A stretch of DNA of 38,146 bases from positions 1 through 38,146 of the IMG/VR virus record IMGVR_UViG_3300020045_005015, one strand, 5' to 3'. Each line of letters begins with the position of its first letter. Position 1 is the first letter of the stretch. The DNA is from a virus (taxonomy: Duplodnaviria > Caudoviricetes). Position numbers and translations under genes: made by a program. Below, piece by piece: positions 7,561 through 16,945 of the stretch. Below the pieces are notes generated by a model, which was given only the letters and a program-made list of their open reading frames with translations, made no database searches and was not told the DNA's origin.

Positions 7561-8805
7561 ATGGTAGTTCTAAACCCGCTATATGACCCAATTTTTACAA
7601 CAAAAAAAAGGTACATAATTTTAACAGGAGGTAGGGGTAGTTCTAAATCATTCACCGCTTCCACGTTTCTTTGCTTGCTTTCATACGAATTAGATCATGT
7701 TATTTTATTCACTCGGTACACAATGAGTGCTGCGGAGATTTCTATTATCCCTGAGTTTAAGGAAAAAATAGATTTATTAGAGGTGCCAAATCAATTTAAA
7801 ATTAAAGAGAAAGAGATTGTAAACAGAAGGACCAGCTCTGAGATTTTATTTAGAGGTATTAAAACATCAAGCGGAAACCAGACAGCCAATCTTAAATCAA
7901 TAAATGGCCTTACAACATTTGTAGTTGATGAGGGTGAGGAATTTCAAAGCGAGGAAGATTTTGACACAATTGATTTATCAGTTAGGACTAATAAAAATCA
8001 AAACCGAATTATCATAATAATGAACCCATCAACCCAAGACCATTGGGTTTACAAAAGATTTTTTCAAAACAATTCACGAATAGAAATGGTTGATGGATTG
8101 CCAGTAGAAATTTCCACACATCCCGAAGTGCTGCACATTCATACAACCTACCTAGATAATTTACACAATTTAAACCCCGCTTTTGTAAAACGCATTTTAG
8201 ACATGAAGGCCACGTCTGAAAAGCTTTATGGGCACAAAGCATTAGGCCAGTGGTTAAAGATAGCTGAGGGGGCTTTGTTTGGCGATTTAAAAACATATTT
8301 ACCCGCAGAAAACACTGTTTACGATGGGGCAATGGCTTACATTGATATTGCGGATGAGGGCACAGATTTTTTATGTATGGTTGTGGGTAAGAATGTCAAA
8401 GATATAATACACGTTCCAGAGGTTGTATTTTCAGAATCAAATACAGATATTACTTTGCCACAATGCGCGGAGGTAATTAAGAGACACAAAATAAAATATT
8501 GCAGGGTAGAATCCAATTCAATGGGTGCAATGTTTGGCCGCAACCTACAAAAGTTAGTTCCCGATTGTCAAATATTATTAACCGCATCAACAACACACAA
8601 GCACACTCGAATTTTAATGAGTAGCAATGATATTAATCATTATATGAGATTTTTACCAGAAGCGCAAAGGGATGCAATGTATAGTAATTATATGAAGTTA
8701 ATGGCTCTTTACACAAAGGATGGAAAGTGTAAGCAAGATGATGCACCGGATGCGACAAGCGGCCTAATGATATTTATTCAATCAATGCTCAGTCATTTGT
8801 ATTAA
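7561..8805 (+). CDS. terL: Terminase large subunit (PBSX-like)
   Basis: GGRGSSKS Walker A, VVDEGEE Walker B, MNP, YIDIADEGTD and DDAPD nuclease motifs. Confidence 0.96.
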   Translation: MVVLNPLYDPIFTTKKRYIILTGGRGSSKSFTASTFLCLLSYELDHVILFTRYTMSAAEISIIPEFKEKIDLLEVPNQFKIKEKEIVNRRTSSEILFRGIKTSSGNQTANLKSINGLTTFVVDEGEEFQSEEDFDTIDLSVRTNKNQNRIIIIMNPSTQDHWVYKRFFQNNSRIEMVDGLPVEISTHPEVLHIHTTYLDNLHNLNPAFVKRILDMKATSEKLYGHKALGQWLKIAEGALFGDLKTYLPAENTVYDGAMAYIDIADEGTDFLCMVVGKNVKDIIHVPEVVFSESNTDITLPQCAEVIKRHKIKYCRVESNSMGAMFGRNLQKLVPDCQILLTASTTHKHTRILMSSNDINHYMRFLPEAQRDAMYSNYMKLMALYTKDGKCKQDDAPDATSGLMIFIQSMLSHLY

Positions 8806-8849
8806 AAAAATAATTACTTTTACAGCTCTGATTGTTTGCTCCATAAATT

Positions 8850-8875
8850 CCGCACCTAAAAAGTGCGGTTTTTTT
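8850..8875 (+). terminator. Intrinsic terminator between convergent terL and portal
   Basis: CCGCAC-ctaaaaa-GTGCGG followed by T7. Confidence 0.8.
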
Positions 8876-10085
8876 ATGGTTTTAAATCAAGCAATAAACT
8901 ATCAATTACTTTTTTACCCTCGGCTGCAGTCAAAAGACCATTAGTAACTAACTGCACAACTGATTCCGACATTGATTTAAAGTTGTTTACATTATCAGTA
9001 GAATCTTCGCGCAAAATCGAAAGGTGGGAATAATCCATAAAGATTTCAAAACCATCAGCCACCCCTAATTCTTTGGTCCATAATTGCGTGTCTTGGTCTG
9101 CGTCTGGAATGATTGTATCTTGGTAGGTCATCACCATACCATGTTTTAAATTTTCATAGGTAGAATTTAAAAACAAGTTTCTGTTAACCCCGTAATGATC
9201 GGCAATAGTTAATAGGTTTGCATCCACCTCTTCAAACAATAACATTTCCTTTGTGGGGTAAGTCATTGGTGTAAATGTCATGTTTGCCTCTGTTAAATGT
9301 ATTCTTTGTTGGCCCCTTTGAACACCGTATTTTCTTTTTAAACTCTCTTGTAATTCCTTTTTCTGGGTTGGCGTCATTGGAATAGAGCCCCCAATGTCTT
9401 TTGTGCCTCCAGATGAAAGGATGCCGATTCCACCCAATTCACTCATAATAACATTTCGGTATTCGTAAGCCAGTTTTGTATTTGATAATGGAAATTGCAA
9501 TGAATTAATAGGGCTTGTGCCGATTAAAGGGTTATCCAAGTCTGCGTATTTACTCCAAATAATATCTTTTGTTGGGTATTTTTTTAAATCATCGCAGCTT
9601 TGAAATTGGTATTCTGCAATAATTTTATCAATCTCTATTTGGTCAAAAACTTTACCTGTTAAGACTGGCTGCACGTATCTTGGTGATATGTTCCAAAGGG
9701 CAACAGGATATTTAGAAAGCGCTGAGGTTTTGTTCTTGTAAATGAATTGATTTCCGTAGATTAATTTTTGCTGCTTAAGCTGGACCAACCACTCATTCAT
9801 TGACTGCGTTGGGTTTGGATTGTTTATAAGTTTTGAAAACTCCTTATCTTCCACCAATTCGCCTGTTTTCTTATTTCTGATTCTAAGCATCCCCGCTGAA
9901 TACATCATGGCCCGCTTGTCAACTATTGCCTTTAATTGAGGGATGGAATTATACATTTCATAAGGCTTGTTTACGTCTAGCCATATTGGCCCCTTTTGCC
10001 CTAACAAATATGAGTTACCACTATACACATTTGACCCCTTAAAGAAATCTAATAACGCTCTAAAACCGCTTGAAATTGACACCAT
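8874..10085 (-). CDS. Phage portal protein (HK97-like), inverted orientation
   Basis: LINNPNPTQS, LIYGNQFIYK, GTSPI, IADHYGV..STYEN, YQDTIIP; 403 aa, between terL and protease. Confidence 0.92.
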   Translation of the reverse strand: MVSISSGFRALLDFFKGSNVYSGNSYLLGQKGPIWLDVNKPYEMYNSIPQLKAIVDKRAMMYSAGMLRIRNKKTGELVEDKEFSKLINNPNPTQSMNEWLVQLKQQKLIYGNQFIYKNKTSALSKYPVALWNISPRYVQPVLTGKVFDQIEIDKIIAEYQFQSCDDLKKYPTKDIIWSKYADLDNPLIGTSPINSLQFPLSNTKLAYEYRNVIMSELGGIGILSSGGTKDIGGSIPMTPTQKKELQESLKRKYGVQRGQQRIHLTEANMTFTPMTYPTKEMLLFEEVDANLLTIADHYGVNRNLFLNSTYENLKHGMVMTYQDTIIPDADQDTQLWTKELGVADGFEIFMDYSHLSILREDSTDNVNNFKSMSESVVQLVTNGLLTAAEGKKVIDSLLLDLKP

Positions 10086-10176
10086 GTTTTACAAATTTTT
10101 TATAAAAATAAGAAAAGTTAATTAAACAATCCTTTTTGGTTAAAAACTGCATGCATCCATGTAAATGTTTTTTTGT

Positions 10177-10184
10177 TACTTTTG
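10177..10184 (+). promoter_or_regulatory. -7 promoter box for the head operon
   Basis: TACTTTTG 4 nt upstream of ATG 10189. Confidence 0.55.
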
Positions 10185-10188
10185 TTTT

Positions 10189-10278
10189 ATGAGCAAGACA
10201 AAAACTTTAACCGAGGATGAAATTAAGGCCATAAAAAAAGGCAAAAAGAAAATTATTAACGAATTAATTAAAAAATAA
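10189..10278 (+). CDS. 29-aa basic peptide
   Basis: MSKTKTLTEDEIKAIKKGKKKIINELIKK*; TAATG coupling to the protease gene. Confidence 0.55.
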   Translation: MSKTKTLTEDEIKAIKKGKKKIINELIKK

Positions 10279-11102
10279 TGGACATTCCAAAATTTAAGAG
10301 CAAAAAAGAATTGTTTGATTTCTTAGTTAAGAATCAAAAAGTTTTAATTGCTGAAAAGAAATTTCAAACCAAATTTGGCGATGTTCTTGTTTTGCCAGCC
10401 CTTGCTTACGAAGAAAAAGATGAGGAAACAACCAAGGCTATTTCAACACCCGCAGCATTTACTGGGGAAAAAATAAAAGTTGTGAGCGCAATCAATACCA
10501 CAATGGTAATGGATAGCCACGATGATGTTCATATTAATGGTCTTTGGAATAAATCAGTAAAAGAAAATAAATCTTTCTACTTATTAAAAGAGCATAAACT
10601 AACTTTTGAAAACATCATCTCGGACCAAGTAAAAGCATCGGTAAAAATGATGACTTGGAAAGAGCTTGGTTACGATGCAAATGGAGAAACGCAGGTATTG
10701 TTATTTGATAGCATGATTGATAAGGCGCGCAACCCTTATATGTTTGAACAATATATTAATGGATGGGTTAAAAATCACTCCGTTGGTATGCAATATGTGT
10801 CAATTGGTTTGGCGGTTAACAACAAAGATTACGTTGCAGAAAAAGCCTTGTTCGATAAATACATTGACAAGATCGTAAATAAAGATTACGCCGAGGAAAA
10901 AGGATATTTCTGGGCAGTTACAGAAGCTAAGGCAATTGAAGGTTCTGCCGTGCCTATTGGTTCAAATAAAATTACACCAACTTTATTAGTTGAAGAAAAG
11001 ACTGAGCCGCTTGATAGCACTCATACCGAGCCGCCAGCAGGCACTCAAAAAGAACAAAAAATAGATTACAAAAAACTAACTAACAATTTCAATTTAATTT
11101 AA
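10278..11102 (+). CDS. Prohead maturation protease
   Basis: DSHDDVH, HSVG and EGSAV motifs; precedes the capsid gene. Confidence 0.8.
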   Translation: MDIPKFKSKKELFDFLVKNQKVLIAEKKFQTKFGDVLVLPALAYEEKDEETTKAISTPAAFTGEKIKVVSAINTTMVMDSHDDVHINGLWNKSVKENKSFYLLKEHKLTFENIISDQVKASVKMMTWKELGYDANGETQVLLFDSMIDKARNPYMFEQYINGWVKNHSVGMQYVSIGLAVNNKDYVAEKALFDKYIDKIVNKDYAEEKGYFWAVTEAKAIEGSAVPIGSNKITPTLLVEEKTEPLDSTHTEPPAGTQKEQKIDYKKLTNNFNLI

Positions 11103-11113
11103 AAAAACTACAA

Positions 11114-12526
11114 ATGAAAAAAACTATCAAAAGCGACTCGATGCTAGGTCGCAGATTAAAAGAAAGAAAGACTTTCAAAATTATTGGCATTGCATTACTT
11201 GGCTTAATTGCTGTTTGTTTTGCGTTTGCTTTTTCAGGCTACAGCCTAACTGATTTATTCACTACTGGTGGAGCCGTATCAATGGCTGGTTTGCCGTTTA
11301 TTATGTTCCCAAAACAATTATCTCTTGATGGAGGTGAAGGCGGTGGAACTGAATTATCAGCAGAAGAAAAAGCACTGTTGGATAAAGTTCGTTTAGCTGT
11401 TAAAGGCGAAATTGAATTAACTAAAGGTGAGATTGAAGCCCTTGCAGCTAAGGTTGAAAAAATGAAAGATTACGAAACTTTAAAACAAGAACACGTTGTT
11501 TTGATGGGTGAGTTAAAAGCAATGAAGGAAAACGGACAGGTTAATCAATCGCCAGACATTCAAACTCAAATTAAATTATGGGTTGAAGAAAACAAAGTGG
11601 CATTGAAAAACATTAAGTCTGGTCAGAAAGCAGATTTAACAGCATTGACTGTTAAACTTAATTCACCAATGACGCCTTCAAACACTTACAACAGCTCGGC
11701 TTATTTGCCACAACCAGAATTTCAAGCAGAACCTAATGAAATCGTAAGAGTTGCACCAACGTTTTGGGATTACCTTAAAAAAGGTGTTACAAGTGCCGCA
11801 GCATATGTTTGGGTTAATAAAAAGAATCCAGAAGGAGCAGCAGGATTCATCGGGCCAGGGGTTGCAAAACCGGGCGTTAGTTTTGAACTTGCAACAGAAA
11901 TTTCTAATGCTAAAAAAGTGGCAGTTTCTGAAAAATGCGCGACTGAATTATTAGAGGATATCCCAGGAATGGCTTCTTGGTTGCAAAATGAAATTGCTTA
12001 CCAATTAAAGGCAAAGATAAACACTACCTTAATGACAGGCGTGGCTTCATCTACTGTTCCTGCTGGTATCCAAACTTTATCAGTTGCTTATTCTTTAACA
12101 GGAGTTGAAACAGCTAATCCTAATAATTGGGATGCGATAATTGCGGCAGTTGCACAATTGCGTTCTGGAAACTTACAAGGACAAGTTACAGCGTTTATTA
12201 ACCCTGTTGATTACGCAAACATGATTTTAACTAAAGCTACATCACAAGGTCAATTATTTGTTCCTGCACAAAGTGGCGTAACAATTGTTGAAGATAACAA
12301 CATTCCTGTTGGTTACTTACAAATAGCTATTTTAGATTACTACAAAATTTTAATCTACAAAGCGTTTTCTGTAATGTTTGGTTGGGAAAATGATGACTTT
12401 ACTAAGAACTTAGTAACTGCAATCGGTGAAATGCGTATCCACCAATTCTCTTCTGAGAATCACACAGGGTTTGCAATTTATGACACTTTTGCGAACATCA
12501 AAACAGCAATCACACCAGCACCTTAA
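11114..12526 (+). CDS. Major capsid protein (HK97 fold) with a hydrophobic N-terminal extension
   Basis: Coiled-coil delta-like region, ATELLED, INPVDY, NDDFTKNLVTAIGEMR. Confidence 0.9.
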   Translation: MKKTIKSDSMLGRRLKERKTFKIIGIALLGLIAVCFAFAFSGYSLTDLFTTGGAVSMAGLPFIMFPKQLSLDGGEGGGTELSAEEKALLDKVRLAVKGEIELTKGEIEALAAKVEKMKDYETLKQEHVVLMGELKAMKENGQVNQSPDIQTQIKLWVEENKVALKNIKSGQKADLTALTVKLNSPMTPSNTYNSSAYLPQPEFQAEPNEIVRVAPTFWDYLKKGVTSAAAYVWVNKKNPEGAAGFIGPGVAKPGVSFELATEISNAKKVAVSEKCATELLEDIPGMASWLQNEIAYQLKAKINTTLMTGVASSTVPAGIQTLSVAYSLTGVETANPNNWDAIIAAVAQLRSGNLQGQVTAFINPVDYANMILTKATSQGQLFVPAQSGVTIVEDNNIPVGYLQIAILDYYKILIYKAFSVMFGWENDDFTKNLVTAIGEMRIHQFSSENHTGFAIYDTFANIKTAITPAP

Positions 12527-12538
12527 TTAAATTAATAT

Positions 12539-12566
12539 AGGGGGAGATAGCAATATTTCCCCCTTA
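12539..12566 (+). terminator. Hairpin after the capsid gene
   Basis: GGGGAGATA-gcaa-TATTTCCCC stem; weak U tract. Confidence 0.55.
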
Positions 12567-12580
12567 TAAAAATTATAAAA

Positions 12581-12805
12581 ATGGCAAAAGTAATAATCAC
12601 AGCTAAAGGTTCTAAGATGCCAACAAACTCTTGGGCAGAAGGTCAAGAAATAGAATGCCACGATAATATAGCCAAGCTATTTATTGAGAGAGGAATTGCT
12701 ATTGACCCGAAAAACAAAGAACAGGTTGAAAAACCTGATGAACAAGTTGAGCAAGTTGAAAAACCAGAAGGCAAAAAAAAGAAAAACAAAAATGAAAAAA
12801 TATAG
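12581..12805 (+). CDS. Small head-associated hypothetical protein
   Basis: Position after capsid; IAKLFIERGIA motif, charged tail. Confidence 0.7.
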   Translation: MAKVIITAKGSKMPTNSWAEGQEIECHDNIAKLFIERGIAIDPKNKEQVEKPDEQVEQVEKPEGKKKKNKNEKI

Positions 12806-13565
12806 TTTAATTATAGCAATGTGCGCTTTGTTCTCAGTAACAAAAGCACAATCCGTTGTTACCACTATGGTTTCAAGCGGTGACACGTTGGTCAATACAA
12901 CTCCTGATTACGTCACAATCACACCAAATTTTTACTATGAGCAAGTTTCTTTTCAAGCAAAAGTTACTAAGATTAGTGGAACGGTTGATGGGTACGCGCT
13001 TATTCAGGGGTCGAATGATGCAACGAATTACAACGATCTAAACACAGACACCTTAGATTTAACTGATGTTACTACTAACACGAAGATTTGGGTTTTGACA
13101 AACAATCCATTTCTTTACTACAGAATAAAATTTGTAGGTGTTGGCACTATGTCGGCCAAGATTTACGGTTACTGTTTAACTGCTGGCATAAAATTAAGGC
13201 ACGTTGTAACAACAATGACACAGGCTTATGGCTCAACAAGTGACACAATTGTAAACACAGCTACAGGTTATGTAGGTTTAACGGTACAGAATTACTATGA
13301 TAAAGTAGGCATTCAAACTGTTATTACTAAAATAAGCGGTACTGTTGCCGGTACAGTTACACTGCAAGGTAGTAACGATGGAACCAACTATGTGACTGTT
13401 AGCAGCTCTTATTCAGATGCGCAAACACACACGGCCACCAACGTTGCAACAAGCACTAAACTATTTACAATTACAGGAAGCCCTTACAAGTATTACAGAT
13501 TGTCTTATACAGGCAGCGGTACAATGAGTGCAACAATTAAAGGTTACGTGGTAGTAAATAAATAA
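12792..13565 (+). CDS. Signal-peptide protein with two tandem beta-rich repeats
   Basis: Start at 12792 (MKKYSLIIAMCALFSVTKA|Q); duplicated DT.VNT/TKISGTV.G/QGSND.TNY/YYR/GTMSA. Confidence 0.8.
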   Translation: MKKYSLIIAMCALFSVTKAQSVVTTMVSSGDTLVNTTPDYVTITPNFYYEQVSFQAKVTKISGTVDGYALIQGSNDATNYNDLNTDTLDLTDVTTNTKIWVLTNNPFLYYRIKFVGVGTMSAKIYGYCLTAGIKLRHVVTTMTQAYGSTSDTIVNTATGYVGLTVQNYYDKVGIQTVITKISGTVAGTVTLQGSNDGTNYVTVSSSYSDAQTHTATNVATSTKLFTITGSPYKYYRLSYTGSGTMSATIKGYVVVNK

Positions 13566-14065
13566 TGGGAACAATAATAAATACAACTGACTTTGTGGGC
13601 ATTCATAAGATTGCTCAAACTTCTTTTACAGAATTGGATTTATTTATTACCCGTTTTGAAGAAAAGTACTTAATTGAAGTTTTGGGGTTTGAATTGTTTA
13701 CTTTGTTTAAGGCTAATTTAACGGCTGGTGTTCCAACTAATCCAATTTACATTGCAATTTTTAATGCAATTAGAATGGATGATGGAAATTGTGTTTATCA
13801 AAACAATGGAATGAAATCAATGATTTTAGGCTTTGTTTGGTTTGAATACATGGCAACCCAGAAGTTTAAACAAACAGCCAGTGGTACAGTAGCAAATCAA
13901 ATTGACGTTGCACAAAACCTTTCATTTGATGATATGGGAGGGTATAAAAACTATAACGATTCGGTGAATGATGCAAACGTTATTCAATGGTACATTAATA
14001 AAAACTTAAGCGATTACCCAACATTCGCTGGCCAAAAACAAGAAATAGCACACTGGGCATTATGA
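13565..14065 (+). CDS. Putative head-tail adaptor
   Basis: Position and size. Confidence 0.6.
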   Translation: MGTIINTTDFVGIHKIAQTSFTELDLFITRFEEKYLIEVLGFELFTLFKANLTAGVPTNPIYIAIFNAIRMDDGNCVYQNNGMKSMILGFVWFEYMATQKFKQTASGTVANQIDVAQNLSFDDMGGYKNYNDSVNDANVIQWYINKNLSDYPTFAGQKQEIAHWAL

Positions 14066-14763
14066 TAAGAGTAGGTACACATAAACTATTAGAACCGTTG
14101 ATAAACGCAATGAATAAAACCATTGTTGTTTCTTCAATTGTTACTGTTGGTATTGTACACACTCTAAATTCTTGCAATACCTTGTGGCTAACTTTTAATA
14201 AAAACAATCCGAACATTGTAATTGATGGGGTTACTTATCAATTGGTTTCCGTAACTCCTAATGTTTCAATTGTCGTTACTCATCCAACTATTGTGCCCAC
14301 AGTAACTGAGTTTGATATTGCTTTACCGTTCTTTTTTTACGGAACAATCAAGTCTACAAATTCAGAACTAACAGAAAAATTAAACTCTTGGGATAAACTC
14401 CCCATGATTTATTTGCATGACCCAACAAAAGAAAATTATGATGCAGACCCTTTTTCCTCTATTGACAGGGAATCGGAATGTGATTTATATTTTCTTGCTG
14501 AAAACAATTTTCAAGACTGGACCAACGCGCAACATGAGGCATTAGCCATTATTCCTATGCGAAACATGGCAGATGCTTTTATTGGAGCCTTAGAAGGTCG
14601 AAGAAATTTAGTTGCAGAGGATTACACTTATGAATTATTTAATCGAGTACGTTGGGGCACAGAAGAAACAACCGGGAATAATAAGCAATTTTTTACCGAC
14701 AATGTTTCTGGTGTTCAAATGAGAATTATTTTATCGTTCTTACAAACAAATTGCAATTGCTAA
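14062..14763 (+). CDS. Putative tail completion/terminator protein
   Basis: Position before the major tail gene. Confidence 0.55.
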   Translation: MIRVGTHKLLEPLINAMNKTIVVSSIVTVGIVHTLNSCNTLWLTFNKNNPNIVIDGVTYQLVSVTPNVSIVVTHPTIVPTVTEFDIALPFFFYGTIKSTNSELTEKLNSWDKLPMIYLHDPTKENYDADPFSSIDRESECDLYFLAENNFQDWTNAQHEALAIIPMRNMADAFIGALEGRRNLVAEDYTYELFNRVRWGTEETTGNNKQFFTDNVSGVQMRIILSFLQTNCNC

Positions 14764-14798
14764 AAAAATTAAAAATTAAACAAATAAATTTATAAAAA

Positions 14799-15734
14799 AT
14801 GGAATTATGTAAATGTGGTGATGGCCTATCAAACTCTGGCCTCCCAAGTTGCTTAGAATTATTATCGACCGCTTCGGGAATCATTATGGTTCCTTACATG
14901 AACAGCGCTGGCAGTGTTAACGCTATTGATTTAACGGCAACACTAGACGCTGCTTATGTTACCGCAAAATTAAACCATGTTGATCCTACTTATCGCTGGT
15001 ACCCAATTCAAGGAATTAAGAATGTTGAAGATTTAAGGGGGGACCCAGAATTTGAAACATTTAACGACAATTCTAAGATGCGTGTACAAGATGGTATTCG
15101 TACATTCAAAGGGTTTAAACCTGGGGTTGTACCTTCTTATGTGGGTAACATCAATGATGCTACTTGCGATAAAATGGGAATCTTTATTATCGGTGTAGGT
15201 GGAGAATTACAAGGCTCTGATAAAGTTGCAGGGTTTTTATACCCACTTTTAATTTCTGCCAACTCTTGGGTTGCGAATTATTTCAAACCACAAGATAAAG
15301 CAGTTTCTAAAATGATGTTGGAATTTCAAATTGATCCACAAGAAAATGATAGAAACTTGTCTTACATTGCACAAACTGAATTTAATAATTACAACTTGTT
15401 AAGCATTAACGGGCTTCAAGATGCAACTATTGAAAACCTTACAGTTGATAGTGCAACGGTTGTTAGTTTTGATGTTGAAACCATGTATGGTACAGCAGTT
15501 ACAAAAAACAAAGTAAAAGGCTTAGTTTCTGCCGACTTTGTTTCTTCTGATTCAGCAGTTGTGGCTAAAGTTTACAACGAGGATACAGCAGCTGACGTAA
15601 CTGTGGTTGCCGCAGAACCAACGCCTGGTAGTTACACATTAACATTTACAGCTCAAACGGCAGGCGATGTTATTCGTGTAAAAATCAAAAAGAATGGTTT
15701 TGAATTTGAGGAAACAACATTTGTTGCTCTTTAA
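14799..15734 (+). CDS. Putative major tail tube protein
   Basis: Position, C-terminal Ig-like region, followed by a terminator. Confidence 0.7.
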   Translation: MELCKCGDGLSNSGLPSCLELLSTASGIIMVPYMNSAGSVNAIDLTATLDAAYVTAKLNHVDPTYRWYPIQGIKNVEDLRGDPEFETFNDNSKMRVQDGIRTFKGFKPGVVPSYVGNINDATCDKMGIFIIGVGGELQGSDKVAGFLYPLLISANSWVANYFKPQDKAVSKMMLEFQIDPQENDRNLSYIAQTEFNNYNLLSINGLQDATIENLTVDSATVVSFDVETMYGTAVTKNKVKGLVSADFVSSDSAVVAKVYNEDTAADVTVVAAEPTPGSYTLTFTAQTAGDVIRVKIKKNGFEFEETTFVAL

Positions 15735-15751
15735 TTAATTTTAATTCATCT

Positions 15752-15786
15752 AAGGCGTGGTGGTTCAAAGCCACTACGCTTTTTTA
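15752..15786 (+). terminator. Intrinsic terminator
   Basis: GCGTGGTGG-ttcaaag-CCACTACGC followed by a T tract. Confidence 0.8.
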
Positions 15787-15798
15787 TTTTTATCCACT

Positions 15799-16029
15799 AT
15801 GAACAAACAAGAAGTAAAAACATTAAAAGTAGGTCCAACAACTTTCTATTTAAACAGTCTTGTTGGAATGCCTAAGCAGAAATTTATGGACTTATATTGT
15901 CCAAATGGAATAAAAATTAACGGCATTAGGTGGGAACCATTAGCTGTATGGGGTGAAATTCAAAAAGAATTAATTAGGGTTGGGTTAAAAGAAGATGATA
16001 GAGAATTGCGTAAAGTTCATGCTAAATGA
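15799..16029 (+). CDS. Hypothetical tail-module protein
   Basis: ATG 15799 preferred because the GTG start lies inside the terminator. Confidence 0.65.
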   Translation: MNKQEVKTLKVGPTTFYLNSLVGMPKQKFMDLYCPNGIKINGIRWEPLAVWGEIQKELIRVGLKEDDRELRKVHAK

Positions 16030-16490
16030 AAAGATTGAAGGAGTTGCAGAGAAAATTAAACCGCATTAAAGACGAAAGGTTTTTAATGCGCATGCTATTT
16101 TCTGACCCAACATTTTCAAAATTAATCGTTTCTTTAAATGTGCACGATCAATTGTATGATAAAGGAATTGACAGCATGGGCCGTTCATTGGGTGATTACT
16201 CATTGGCTACGATTACAGGCACTAAGAATTTTAAGGGTAAGATTGCAAAGGGTCAACCTTATGACCACGTTACGTTAAAGGATTCGGGCGATTTTTACGA
16301 ATCATTTAGGGCAAAATTAGTTGGCACAAACATAATTATTACAGCACAAACAATTAAAGAGAATACAGATTTATTAAAGGTGTGGGGGGATGATATTATT
16401 GGCTTGACAGATGATAACCTACAGGTTGTTATTAACAGGGCAAGAGAAATTTTGAACATTAAAATTAGAGAATATTTATTTAAGTCATGA
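16026..16490 (+). CDS. Putative neck/morphogenesis protein
   Basis: YS..T...K..KGQPYDHVTLKDSGDFYESF motif. Confidence 0.65.
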   Translation: MKRLKELQRKLNRIKDERFLMRMLFSDPTFSKLIVSLNVHDQLYDKGIDSMGRSLGDYSLATITGTKNFKGKIAKGQPYDHVTLKDSGDFYESFRAKLVGTNIIITAQTIKENTDLLKVWGDDIIGLTDDNLQVVINRAREILNIKIREYLFKS

Positions 16491-16945
16491 TTTACTACGA
16501 AAGCATTGATGAATTGCCAATTTATAATTGGAGAAAAATCAACGAAACAAATGATTTAAAGTATTTGTTGAAACAAAAGTGTGGTTTAACCAAGAAGAAA
16601 TTTCTAATTTTACAACAGGCTTGGGAAAAATTGTATGATAATTTTCTGGACACTTTTGGAATTAACGATGATTTTAAAAAAGTGATGGAATTAAAGAGGG
16701 ATATTTTGGTTTTGAAAATCAACATGCAAATGGATAAAGACCCATTTATTATTAACTTTATCGAGATGAAAGAGGTTGAGTTAAACGCAATAATTAAATC
16801 GGGTGAGTCGGGAATTTCGTTTAATGAAATAAAAGCGCACGTTGCAAAGTTTATGGGGTTTGCAATTAATGAAAAGGAAACATCAACAAGGGATTATTAT
16901 ACCTACGTAGAATTATTTAAAAAAGAAAATGGCAGAGACAATTAA
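16487..16945 (+). CDS. Putative tail assembly chaperone
   Basis: Directly upstream of the tape measure gene. Confidence 0.5.
   Translation: MIYYESIDELPIYNWRKINETNDLKYLLKQKCGLTKKKFLILQQAWEKLYDNFLDTFGINDDFKKVMELKRDILVLKINMQMDKDPFIINFIEMKEVELNAIIKSGESGISFNEIKAHVAKFMGFAINEKETSTRDYYTYVELFKKENGRDN

Noticed and set aside
8806-10190. Recombinase-driven inversion of the portal
   Set aside because: Only short AT-rich matches (AAACAATC, AAAAGT) at the flanks; no TAAC/GTTA-type sites
12715-12770. GAACAGGTTGAAAAACC-type repeats
   Set aside because: Coding repeat (EQVEKP) in a disordered tail; not a CRISPR array
12684-12791. Longer start for the 293-aa ORF
   Set aside because: Overlaps the upstream gene; ATG 12792 gives a clean signal peptide
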